DNA of 48,829 bases from Rhizaria sp. SCN 62-66 (taxonomy: Eukaryota). Of the stretch, positions 30,176 through 40,326 are shown piece by piece; position 1 is the stretch's first letter, and every line of letters starts with the position of its first letter. A program made the translations under genes and the position numbers. The notes beneath the pieces are model-generated. The model had not been told where the DNA came from and searched no databases. It saw nothing but the letters and a program-made list of their open reading frames with translations. The stretch spans positions 1-48,829 of the forward strand of contig MEDY01000218.1 of assembly GCA_001724265.1 (NCBI GenBank). The letters run 5' to 3'.

Positions 30176-33100
30176 ATGCTTCTTGCCGCCTTGCTCCGCT
30201 CGCGCCCCAGCGCGGGTGCCCGCAGTGCTGCTGTTGTGCTAAACGCGCCCGCACCGTCGCACTTGCGCTCGCTGCTCACCGTGCCGCGCCTCTTCTCGTC
30301 GGCCGCCTCTGCCGCCTCTGCTTCTGCAAGTGCGCCTGCCGAGTCTGTGTCTCCCTACGCGTCGTCGCTGCTGCTGCCGCAGACCTCGTACCCGCTGCGT
30401 CCCGCGGGCGGCTCCGTCGCGCTGGAGGCCCGCACGCGCGCGCGCATCACGGACGTGGTGTACGCGTGGCAGGCATCCCCCGCGGCCGACGCGGTCCGCG
30501 GCGCGCTTAAGGGCGTCGACCCGCGCGCCCGCCGCGCGCCCGGCGAGCCCTGCGACGGCGAGTACTCGGAGAGCGAGGGCGAGCTTGTCTCGCTCGACGT
30601 CGCCGCCGCTGCTGCGCGCGGGGCCGCGCCCGAGCTGACGCCCGGCGCGGCGCAGCGCCCGCTGCGGTCCTACGTGCTGCACGACGGCCCGCCCTTCGCC
30701 AACGGCGCGCTGCACACGGGCCACTTTCTCAACAAGACGCTCAAGGACGTGTTCAACCGCTACAAGCTGCTGCGCGGCTACCGGCTGCGCTTCTACCCCG
30801 GCTGGGACTGCCACGGGCTGCCCATCGAGCTCCGCGCGCTCACCCAGCTCCGGGCCGAGGCCAACAAGGACGGCAAAGCTGCCGCCGCCACTTCTGACAA
30901 GAAGGTCAAGGACGGCAAGGACGCCACCGCCGCCGCCGCGGGCAGCACCGCGGGCGGCGTGACCGAAGACGGCCGCGGCGCGCTGAGTGCGGGCGAGGTC
31001 CGCGAGCTAGCCGCTGCCTTCGCTGCGGGCGCCATCGAGACGCAGCAGCAGGACATGCGCGCCTGGGGGCTCATCGGCGACTACGCGCGGCGCTACGTGA
31101 CCATGGCGCCCGGCTTTGAGGCGCGGCAACTGGACCTGTTCCTGCAGCTTGTGCGCAAGGGGCTTATCTTCCGCGCGCTGCTGCCGGTCCACTGGTCGCC
31201 CTCGTCGCGCACCGCGCTGGCCGAGTCAGAGCTCGAGTACGACACTGTCACTTCGGTCGCCGTCCACGTCGCCTTCCCGTTCTCGCACCCCGCACCCGCG
31301 CTGGCCGCCGCGCTGGGCGCCGCGGTGGCCGCGGACCCGGGGCTGGCGCTGCTGGCCTGGACCACGACCCCCTGGACGCTGCCGGCCAACCGCGCCGTGG
31401 CCTTCGCACCGGGCGCGGAGTACGTCGCCGTGCGCGCCGTGCCGCGCGACGCCGCCGCCACGGCCCCGCGCGTGTTTGTGCTGGCCGCGGCGACGCTGCC
31501 CGAGGCCGCGGCGGCGCTGTGCGGCGAGGCCGGGCTCTGGGCCGCGCTGGAGCCCGTCTGCGCGCCGTTCCCCGGCTCCGCGCTCGCGGGCTCGCTCTAC
31601 ACGCACCCGCTCACGGCCGCGCTGCCCTACGTTGCCGGCGCCAACGAGCGCCAGGCGCGCGCCGCCGAGGAGGCCGCGCGCGCGGGCCGGCCGCAGCCCG
31701 CCGGCGCGCCGACGGCCGCGCGCGCGCCGGGCGTGTTCCCGCTGATCCCGGCGGCGCACGTGACCACGGACTCGGGCACGGGGCTCGTGCACACGGCTCC
31801 CGGCCACGGCGTCGACGACCACCACGCCGCGGCGGCCGCGGCAGTCGCGGACCCGGCCGTGGCGGGCGCGGGCGGCATCGAGGTCGCGTGCCCGGTCGGC
31901 GAGGACGGCGCCTATACTGACGAGGCGGGGCCAGAGCTGGCGGGGCTCAGCGTTGCTAACAAAGGCAACTTCCGCGCGCTGGCGCTGCTCGCCGCGGCGG
32001 GCGCTGTCGCGCACAAGGCCAAGCTGGCGCACCGGTATCCCCTCGACTGGCGCACGAAGCAGCCCGTGATCTTCCGCGCCACGCACCAGTGGTTCTGTTC
32101 GCTGCACGGCGTGCGCGAGGACGCGCTGGCCGCCGTGGAGCAGCTCGACATCGTCCCCGCCACGGGCCGCGCGCGGCTGTCGGCCTTTGTTGCGGGCCGG
32201 CGGCAGTGGTGCATCTCGCGGCAGCGCTCGTGGGGCGTGCCGATCCCGGTCTTTTACCACCAGCGCACGCGCGAGCCGCTGCTGACGCCCGAGACGGTGG
32301 CCTTCGCGCGCGACGTCGTGGCACGCGAGGGCACGCAGGCCTGGTGGACGCTGCCGCCTGCGCTGCTGCTGCCGCCCGCGCTGCGCGGCGCGCCCGCCGC
32401 CGACGGCTCGTTCCCCGACTGCGAGTACGAGCCCGGGCGCGAGACCATGGACGTGTGGCTCGACTCGGGCTCCTCCTGGTTCGCCGCGCTGGGCGCGCGC
32501 GGCGTCGCGCGGCCCGCGGACCTGTACCTGGAGGGCTCGGACCAGCACCGCGGCTGGTTCCAGTCGTCGCTGCTGACGTCAATGGCGGTGCGCGGGCGGC
32601 CGCCGTACAAGACGGTGCTCACTCACGGCTTTGTGCTCGACGAGGACGGGCAGAAGATGTCTAAGTCGCTCGGCAACGGGCTCGAGCCCAACGCGCTTAT
32701 TCGCGGCGCCGCCGCCGTGGGCCTCAGCACGGCGGGCAAGACCAAGGCCGAGCAGCTCTACCGCAAGTTCAGCGGCGGCATCGGCGCCGACGCGCTGCGC
32801 ATGTGGGTCGCCGCCGTGGACTCGACCCACGACGTCGTCATCGGCCCCGCCGTGCTGACTGTCGCCGTCGACACCGTCCGCAAGCTCCGCGCGCTGCTTC
32901 GCTTCACGCTCGGCAGCCTCCAGGCCACCGCCAACGGCGCCACCGGCGCGGCCGCCCCCGGAGCGACCGCCTCCGGAGCGGCGGCTGCGGACGACGAGGC
33001 GAGCGAGCTGCCGCTGGCGTTCGACCCGGCGCGCGACGGTGCGAGCGCGGCCGAGCTGACCGCGCTCGACCGCTACCTGCTGCTGCAGCTGTCGCAGCTG

Positions 33101-34288
33101 CGCGCGGGCGTGACCGAGGCCTACGAGGCGCACAACCTCGTCCGCGTTTTCACGCTCGCGCGCAACTTCATGGCCACGACCTTCTCCGCGCTCTACGCCG
33201 ACGCGAGCAAGGACCGGCTGTACGCCGACGCGCAGGACTCGGCCTCGCGCCGTGCGTGCGCCACCGTGCTCTTCCACGCGCTCGAGACGCTGCTCAAGGT
33301 CTTCGCGCCCATCGCGCCGCACCTCACCGACGACGCCTTCGCGCGCCTGCCCGCGCTGCACCGTGCGGCGCTGGCCTTCGAGCACCCCGCCGCCGCGCCC
33401 ACTGGGGCCGCCGCCGCGCCCGCGACGCTCTTCGCGGCCGGCTGGTTCGCGCCGCTGCCCGCAGACTGTGTGGCCGCGCCCGCGGAGGCCGCGCGCATCG
33501 AGGCCGCGCTCGCCGTGCGCGCGGCCGTCACGCAGGCTATCGAGCGCGCGCGCGGCAGCGGCGCCGCGGCGGCTCCGGCTCCCGCTGCGACTGCTGGCGC
33601 CACTGAGAATGCCGGCGCTGCTGCTGCTGCTGCTGCTGCTGATGGTAGTGGCAAGCATAGTCGCAAGGCCCGCAAGGCTGCGGCTACCGGCAGCGCCGCT
33701 ACGGCCGATGCTCCCGTTGCCGCCTCTGCCCCTGCGACCGCTCCTGCTGCGAATGCGAGTGCCGAGGGCCCGCGCATCCGCAGTAGCCTCGAGGCGCAGG
33801 TCTCGGTGGCGGTCGTGGTTCCCCCCGGCGCGGGCGCCGACGCAGCCGCGGCCGCCGCGCTCGTGCGCGCGCTCACCGCGCTGGCGCCCGAGCTCCCGGG
33901 GCTCTTCATCGTCTCCGCGGCCGAAGTCGCGGCCGTCGATGCCGCCACCGCAGACGCCGCGCTGGCCGCCGCCGCCGCCGCAGACGCCGCCGTCACTGCC
34001 AGCGAGGTCACTGTGCCCGTGCCCGCGCTCCTGATGGACACTGAGGCTGCTGCGGCTGCTGTTGCGAACAACGCGGCGAGCGGCAGTGCTCGCGTGGTCG
34101 TGACCGTGCGCCGCTCGGAGGGCTGCAAGTGCCCGCGCTGCTGGCGCCTGCACTCGGCCCAGTCGCCCTTCTCTGCCCACGGCCACGCGCACAGTCAGAT
34201 GGCGCAGGAGTTCGTGCAGTCGTGCGCGACGGGCGGGGACCTGTGTGCGCGCTGCGCCGACGTCACCACCGCACTCGCGCATGCGTGA
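30176..34288 (+). CDS. IARS2: Isoleucyl-tRNA synthetase, bacterial/mitochondrial type, with N-terminal targeting peptide
   Basis: LHDGPPFANGALHTGH (HIGH), PGWDCHGLPIE, WTTTPWTLPAN, GTGLVHTAPGHG.DD, WCISRQRSWGVPIP, EGSDQHRGWFQS, KMSKSLGN, C-terminal CPRCW...LCARC zinc finger. Arg/Ser/Ala-rich presequence from ATG 30176. Confidence 0.96.
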   Translation: MLLAALLRSRPSAGARSAAVVLNAPAPSHLRSLLTVPRLFSSAASAASASASAPAESVSPYASSLLLPQTSYPLRPAGGSVALEARTRARITDVVYAWQASPAADAVRGALKGVDPRARRAPGEPCDGEYSESEGELVSLDVAAAAARGAAPELTPGAAQRPLRSYVLHDGPPFANGALHTGHFLNKTLKDVFNRYKLLRGYRLRFYPGWDCHGLPIELRALTQLRAEANKDGKAAAATSDKKVKDGKDATAAAAGSTAGGVTEDGRGALSAGEVRELAAAFAAGAIETQQQDMRAWGLIGDYARRYVTMAPGFEARQLDLFLQLVRKGLIFRALLPVHWSPSSRTALAESELEYDTVTSVAVHVAFPFSHPAPALAAALGAAVAADPGLALLAWTTTPWTLPANRAVAFAPGAEYVAVRAVPRDAAATAPRVFVLAAATLPEAAAALCGEAGLWAALEPVCAPFPGSALAGSLYTHPLTAALPYVAGANERQARAAEEAARAGRPQPAGAPTAARAPGVFPLIPAAHVTTDSGTGLVHTAPGHGVDDHHAAAAAAVADPAVAGAGGIEVACPVGEDGAYTDEAGPELAGLSVANKGNFRALALLAAAGAVAHKAKLAHRYPLDWRTKQPVIFRATHQWFCSLHGVREDALAAVEQLDIVPATGRARLSAFVAGRRQWCISRQRSWGVPIPVFYHQRTREPLLTPETVAFARDVVAREGTQAWWTLPPALLLPPALRGAPAADGSFPDCEYEPGRETMDVWLDSGSSWFAALGARGVARPADLYLEGSDQHRGWFQSSLLTSMAVRGRPPYKTVLTHGFVLDEDGQKMSKSLGNGLEPNALIRGAAAVGLSTAGKTKAEQLYRKFSGGIGADALRMWVAAVDSTHDVVIGPAVLTVAVDTVRKLRALLRFTLGSLQATANGATGAAAPGATASGAAAADDEASELPLAFDPARDGASAAELTALDRYLLLQLSQLRAGVTEAYEAHNLVRVFTLARNFMATTFSALYADASKDRLYADAQDSASRRACATVLFHALETLLKVFAPIAPHLTDDAFARLPALHRAALAFEHPAAAPTGAAAAPATLFAAGWFAPLPADCVAAPAEAARIEAALAVRAAVTQAIERARGSGAAAAPAPAATAGATENAGAAAAAAAADGSGKHSRKARKAAATGSAATADAPVAASAPATAPAANASAEGPRIRSSLEAQVSVAVVVPPGAGADAAAAAALVRALTALAPELPGLFIVSAAEVAAVDAATADAALAAAAAADAAVTASEVTVPVPALLMDTEAAAAAVANNAASGSARVVVTVRRSEGCKCPRCWRLHSAQSPFSAHGHAHSQMAQEFVQSCATGGDLCARCADVTTALAHA

Positions 34289-34924
34289 GGCGCGTGAGCA
34301 CGCGTGAGCGCGAGCAACTTGTGTGTGATTGGGGCGAGCTTTGGCGTTTGTTCGTGGGGTATTTATGAAACATAAAAAATATTAATTTATTGTAGTCTAC
34401 ATAGTTGTACAATGTATCTTTGATAATAAAACAACATTGACACCAAAAATAATCAAAGAACGCTAACAGCTGCTTACGAATATGGTCTAATCCGTTTAGA
34501 TTGTATTCTTCATAATTATCATTCAATTAGACGTATATATAACCACTCTAATTCAGCTATTAATAATACAACAACTTCCTCCCGCCATCGTCACCCTCGC
34601 CCTTCTCGCTGCACAATGAGTCATATTACGCTGCCCACGGTGAAGCCGCCCACCCGCAACACGCACAGAGCCCCCTTGCAGAGCAGAACTCATCACGAAC
34701 ACAGGTCAAGGCAGCCAAGCAGACAGTCGCATGGTACTCCCGCACGCTGGCACGGCGGTCACTGCAATTCTGAGTCATGGGTGCTAGTCTGAATAATATA
34801 CATGCTTGTTGCGCTGCTTGCTTTAGTTGGCGATTGCTAGCCAGTTTGCTCGCTCGCCTCTCTGCCTGCTCGTTTTCGCTTCGTTTGCGTGCTCACGTCG
34901 TTAGTGAGATCATAGCTTACGCGC

Positions 34925-35836
34925 TTACGCGACGACGCCGTTGGCGATGGTGGCGGCGGTGAGCGGGCCCTTGGAGGTCATGAGCACGGCGTTCTGGGAC
35001 ATGGCCTCGCGGTCGCCGTTGGTCACGAAGTCCTTGAGGACCTTGTGGAAGCGCTTGGCGGCCAGCGGCTCGTCGAACTCGAGCTTGCCATCGTAGCCGC
35101 GGTAGGTGAGCACCTCGCCCACCACAGCGCCCGCGGGCACCGTGAGCATCTCCTTCTTGCCGTCGGCGGCCGTGGCGACAAGGCAGCGGCCCGAGGAGAG
35201 GACTCCCTGCACCTCGCCGGCCTTGAGGTTGGTGATCACAGGCACCAGCGAGCCCTGGAACTGCTCCAGCGGCAGCCACGTCGCGACGCCGCAGACGACC
35301 GTGAGCGGCTCGGGGGTGCCGATGTCGATCGAAGCAACGTACAGGCGCGGCTCGGAGGCGTGAACCTCGGCCTTGAGGACCTTGCCGACCTGGACCTTCA
35401 TGCGGAGGACGTCGACGCCGAGCGTGGTCTTGGCCTCGGCGGCCTTAGCGGCATTGTCCTGCTTGTTGCGCGCCATCTTCTCCTGCTGGGCCTTGGCGAA
35501 GGCGGCCTCGTCAAAGGCAAAGTCCTGCGCGAAGATGCCCGACGCGGGCACGGCCACGGCGGCGGCGTCGAGGCCAAGCGAGGCGACGACGTAGTTGAAG
35601 TAGCGCACGACATGGGGCACGGCCGCGGCGTCGAGGGTCTTGGTGGAGAGCTGGCCCGCGGCATAGGCATCGGCGTCAGACGCGTCGACAGAGCCGGCAG
35701 CAAGAACAGTCTGAGAGGAGAGAAGCTCGTTGAGCTTGGCGAGGTCGGCAACGGCGGCGACGAGCTGGGCAGCGTCGGCCGAGAGAGCGGACACATCGCC
35801 GGAAACACCAGCAGCAAAAGCGGTCTTAGAGCTCAT
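34925..35836 (-). CDS. Arc1/AIMP1(EMAPII)-like aminoacyl-tRNA synthetase cofactor: GST-C-like N-domain plus OB-fold tRNA-binding domain
   Basis: LNELLSSQTVLAAGSVDASDADAY...PHVVRYFNYV (GST-C-like), then MKVQVGKVLKAEVH...LYVASIDIG..EPLTVVCGV..VITNLKAGEVQGVLSSG..VPAGAVVGE; TAA stop. Confidence 0.82.
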   Translation of the reverse strand: MSSKTAFAAGVSGDVSALSADAAQLVAAVADLAKLNELLSSQTVLAAGSVDASDADAYAAGQLSTKTLDAAAVPHVVRYFNYVVASLGLDAAAVAVPASGIFAQDFAFDEAAFAKAQQEKMARNKQDNAAKAAEAKTTLGVDVLRMKVQVGKVLKAEVHASEPRLYVASIDIGTPEPLTVVCGVATWLPLEQFQGSLVPVITNLKAGEVQGVLSSGRCLVATAADGKKEMLTVPAGAVVGEVLTYRGYDGKLEFDEPLAAKRFHKVLKDFVTNGDREAMSQNAVLMTSKGPLTAATIANGVVA

Positions 35837-36224
35837 TTATCTACAGAAAAACAACAAAATACGCGAAAAAGAATAATATGAGACAATAATATAAACCATT
35901 TTCAAAACAAATTCGCTTTCGCACCCCTAAAAACCTTTTATTAGAGCCAGTAAAAGGTTGATAAACCTCGCATTTGTCATGAGCCTCAGCGATATAAATT
36001 CTGCCACCACCACCAACCACCAGCCACCAGCCAAAATGAAGCCGCAGCGAGTTGTGGTCAGACTCGAAATTGGATGCATACGGCGCTCAAGTCAAGGGCT
36101 TTTGCGATAAATTTGTGATATAATGTGTGAACAAAAATGTTGTATGATGTGACTGCGATATTATCAGCCTTAAATAGGTTTAACGCAAGATACCCGCGCT
36201 TAATAAATAGTTGTCTGCATGTAC

Positions 36225-39200
36225 TCAGTCGTACTCGGGATACCCGTGCGCATGCATGCCGTCCTCGTACACCGCGCTCCCAAAGCCGCCCGAGTAGGAC
36301 AGCCCCAGTCCGTCGTCGTCCTCGTCATCTTCCTCGGCGCCACCGCCGCCGCCGCGCAGCAGAGCGTCGCGCCCGCCTCTGCCGCCACCGCCACCATCCC
36401 GCAAGCCATCACGACCAGTGTCGCGGCCGATGTCGCGGCCGGCGTCGCTCCAGCCGCTGCCGCTCACGCCGCTGCCGCTAACGTCGCTGTAGCGGCGCCG
36501 CAGCCCGGGCGCGGGCCCCCGCGCGGCCCAGCCCTCGCCCCAGCCCTCGCCCGCGGCCGACGCAGAGGCAGACAGGTCGCGAGCGGTCGACGGCGCAGGT
36601 GCAGTCGAGCGCTGCTCGCGGGCCGCCGTCGCAGCGGCCGCAGCAGCCACGGCCGCGGCAGCCGCAGCGGCCGCCGCGGCCGCGGCAGCCGCGGCGGCCC
36701 CGGGGGGCACCACGTAGCGACTGTAATACCCTGGCGTCGCCGTTCCCACCGCGGCGCTCACGCCGGCGCCTGAGGCCGCGGTCGGGGCGCGGCCTGAGGC
36801 GGAGCCGGCGACCGAGGCGGCGGCGCTGAGGGCGGGGGCCACGGAGCCCGCGGCCACGGAGCCCGCGACGGAGACGCCGGGCCGGTAGTGGTGGCTGCGG
36901 CCCACGCTGCGCGCCACGCTCGGCGCAACACTTGGCGCGACACCGGGGGCGCCAGCGACGGCGCCGTAGCCGTTGTGGCCGTTGTAGCCGTTGTAGCCGT
37001 TGTAGCCGTTGTAGCCGTTGTAGCCGTTGCCGTTGCCGTTGTACGGGGGCGCGTAGCTGCGGACGCTGGCGGCGGCGCTAGCTGCGACCGCGGCGGCCTC
37101 GGCGGCGTCGGGCCCCGCGGGGGCGTAACGTCGGCCGCCCGCGACAGAGCCCGCGACAGAGCCCGCGACAGAGCCGGCGCCCGCGACAGCGCCAGCGACG
37201 GCGCTAGCTCCAGCGCGCGAGGCGGCGACGGAGGCGGAGGATGAGCCGCGGAGTCCACTCACAGTGCCGTTGGCAGCATGCGTCTGGAAGGCCGAGGGCG
37301 CGGCGGCGGCGGCGGCGACGAAGTGGGTGACGAGGAGCTGGATCTCGCCGTCGGTGAGGTCGGCGCGGCACACGGCGCACGCGAAGTCCACGAAACCAGA
37401 CAGCGTCACCGGCTAAAGCAGAACAAGAGCGAAATATGACAGAAGATCCAAAAATGGCATGTAAGAGATAAGAGTACATCAATAAAGTGGAAATTGAATA
37501 ATGATAGGACATTTGAAGAAAAAAGACTGTCACGTACCGCGTCCTTGTCGATTTTGCGGAACTGCGCCGCGGTGGGCGCCTTGCGCATCGCGCTCCACAC
37601 TGACACCGCGAACGCGCGCTCCGCCGCCGCCACAGACGCCGCGGACGCGGGCGCTGGAGAGGCGGGCGCTTTGGCAGCCGCTGCCGTCGTCGTCGCTGCT
37701 GTTGACGTAGCCGTTGATGTCGCACTCGTCGGGGGCGTTTGTTGCTGCTTACCTTGCTGTTGCGCCAGCTGCCGCTGCTGCTGTTGTTGCAGCCGCTGCT
37801 GCTGCTGCCTCTGCTTGGCCTCCTTGGCGGCAAAGGCCGCGGCCGCCAGCACGGCCCCCGCGGCGACGCCCAGGCCTTCGTCGCCCGCGTCCAGCAGGAC
37901 TACGCTCACAGTGCCAGGCGCAGTCAAAGCGCCGGTAGCGCCAGTGCCAGGAGCTGCAGCCGTCGCCGTCGCACTGCGTGAGGGCGCAAGGCCGTGGCCG
38001 GCGGGGACGAAGGGCAGGCCGAGCGCGAACGCGGTGGCCCTCGCCAGGGCGTCCAGCGTCGCCGTCACGGACGCATTCATGTGCGTCGTCATCTGCGTTG
38101 CCAGCTTGGCGGATACCGTCGCCCGCGGAACCAACGCCTGCGCCTGCGCCTGTGTCTTTGTCTGAGTCTGGGTCTGGGCCTCTGATTGTGACCGCGGCTG
38201 TGTCTTGGCGTGACCCTGCGGCTGAGAATGCGAGTGCTGAGACGTCGCCGGCGTCGCGGGGGCCGCGTTGAGGGGGTGGCGGCCCAGCCTCCTGAAGGCC
38301 GGCAGCATCGCGACGGCGTCGTGGGCGACCCAGTAGCCCCAGACGGCGGCCTCCACGGCGTCGCGCGGCCGCCACCCGCACCGGTGCCCGCGCGCGCGCT
38401 GGCGACGACGGCGCTGACTCGCTGGGCCGAGTGGGCTCAGGGGGCTAGCGTCTGCGTCTGCGTCTGAGCCAGAGTCGGAGTCGGAGCAAGAGCATGACAG
38501 TGCGTCGCTTTCGTCCCCAGCGCCAGCGCCAGTGTCAGAAGCAGAGCCAGAGTCGTCAGACCCCGTCTCAGAGCTGGAGCCGGAGCCCGACTCCGAGTCC
38601 GAGTCTGAGTCTGAGTAGCCGAGTCCTAGTCCGTGGCCCGCGGTGGGCGCGCCGCCGGGAGCGCCGGGCGCGCGCAGCGCCGCCGCAACCAGGCTGCCCG
38701 TCGCGCTGCCTCTTCCTCTGCCCGCGCCACCACTGCCGCTGCCGCTGCCGCTGCTTCTGCTCGCGCCGTTCGCATTGACACTATTGGCGGCAGCGCCGAC
38801 GCGGACGCCGCCGTCGCGGACGCCGCCGCCCCGGAGGCTGCCGCTGCCGTACCCGAGGCCGCCGGCGTTGTTGTGGTGGCTGCCGCCGGCGTAGCTCGCG
38901 CCGCTGTAGACGGGGCCGCTGGAGACGGGGCCGCCGCGGACGCTGCCGCCGCGCACGGAGCCGCCGCGGACGGACCCCGACGCAGCAGCAGCGGCCGCAG
39001 CGGCAGGGGCAGTGGGAGAAGCGGCGTTGGCGTGGGACGCACTGAGCGACGGCTGAGCGGGCGACGGCAGAGCGGGCCCGTAGGGCTGGTGTTGGCCTGT
39101 GTAATGCTGGCTGTGACTAGGGCCGGAGTGCTGCTGGTGCCTGTGACCGTGGCCGTGCGTTACCGAGTGCGCGACGGAGTGCGCCACGGAGTGCGCGCGT

Positions 39201-39858
39201 GAGGGCGCAGGAGCCGCGGGGGCCGCAGAGGAGCGGGCCGCGGTGCCGGCAAGCGGGGGCGGCGCCGGCGTCGACACCGGCAGCGGCAGCGGCATGTGCG
39301 ATGACAGGGAGAGCGAGCGGAAGGCTCCAGCCAGCGCCAGCGCCGACACGGAGCGCGAGATGACGCCCAAGTTGTCGCTGTGAACGACGAAATAAAGGAA
39401 TGCATGACACAAATAAAGCACGTGAGAAATATAACAATGAACTGAGAGAACTACGTATTATTTAAATGCCATACTAAGATATTAACTTGATTTCATCCAT
39501 TTTACGCGAGGTGCGCATTCGTACCTGTCGATGCAGGAGAAAATGAGCGCGAAGGCGACGCGTTTGCGGGCCGTGGCTTGCGCGACGTGCAAGTCCAGGT
39601 CCGTCACCGTGCGCTCCAGCGCGCTCGCACGGGCTGTAAAAGGGCAACAAGCAAGGGGAAGTTGGGGGGAAGTGAGTGAGGATGGAGAACAGGAGATATA
39701 GATGAGCAAAATGAAGCGCAACAGTGGAATGACGAATGTTGCGGCTACGGACCTTCGACTGCCAGGACGCGCTGCTCGAGGCGTTTGGCAAGCGTCGATG
39801 CACCGAGACCCCAAGCAGTGGCCAGCAGTGCAATGCCCCACGGCAGCATGGTGGTCAT
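36225..39858 (-). CDS. Low-complexity protein with N-terminal hydrophobic helix, coiled coil and degenerate EF-hand-like motifs; exons 39858-39753, 39633-39525, 39377-37538, 37412-36225
   Basis: Three GT-AG introns (GTCCGT, GTACGA, GTACGT donors) give a phase-consistent frame: MTTMLPWGIALLATAWGLG..LEQRVLAVEARASALERTV..IFSCIDSDNLGVISRS...FRKIDKDAPVTLSGFVDFACAVCRADLTDGEIQLL...; TGA stop. Confidence 0.72.
36965..37042 (-). repeat. Coding 9-bp tandem repeat (AACGGCTAC)n encoding Asn-Gly-Tyr
   Basis: About 7 copies of gtagccgtt on the + strand, translating YNGNGNGYNGYNGYNGYNGYNGHNGYG. Confidence 0.9.
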
Positions 39859-40192
39859 GAGCGGGGCGGCGGCGCGGCGGGCGCGAACGAGGTTGCGGCA
39901 ATCGCGGGCGTGCGGGGGAGGGTGAGCACGTTGCTATTGAAGTCTCCGACGCGCGCTATAGAGGTAATATTCACAGTTATTCAGTGGTTGACAAGCAAAA
40001 TGGACTGGTAAGACTCGCTCAATTCGTTGCGATAAGAGATATAAAGCTAAGATGCACTATGTACGCGAACAACGGCCAATTTGCAAACTGGCCCACGCGA
40101 GGAGAAAATCCGCTGCGCTTGTTAGCGGAATTTGCCCTTGATAGCACGGCGAAACGCGACCGTCGTTGTGACTGCCGATACGATAACCATAC

Positions 40193-40272
40193 GTAATTTT
40201 AACTTTTTCTTCTTAACTAAAACTAATATAACTTCCCAAATTCCGTCCTTACTCTAATCACTTCTTGCGCAG
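40193..40272 (+). other. Probable 5'-UTR intron (~80 nt)
   Basis: GTAATT donor, AT-rich body, CTAAT branch-like motif at ~40254, CTTCTTGCGCAG acceptor ~55 nt before ATG 40327. Confidence 0.55.
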
Positions 40273-40326
40273 AATCGCCCCAGGTTGGTGGGTTGTGGCC
40301 GACTCTCGCTCTCCCAGTCTTCCGCG

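Noticed and set aside
36960-37200. Short tandem repeats as a CRISPR array or telomeric repeat
   Set aside because: Units are 9-12 nt, in frame and without spacers; they simply encode NGY and SVAG peptides.
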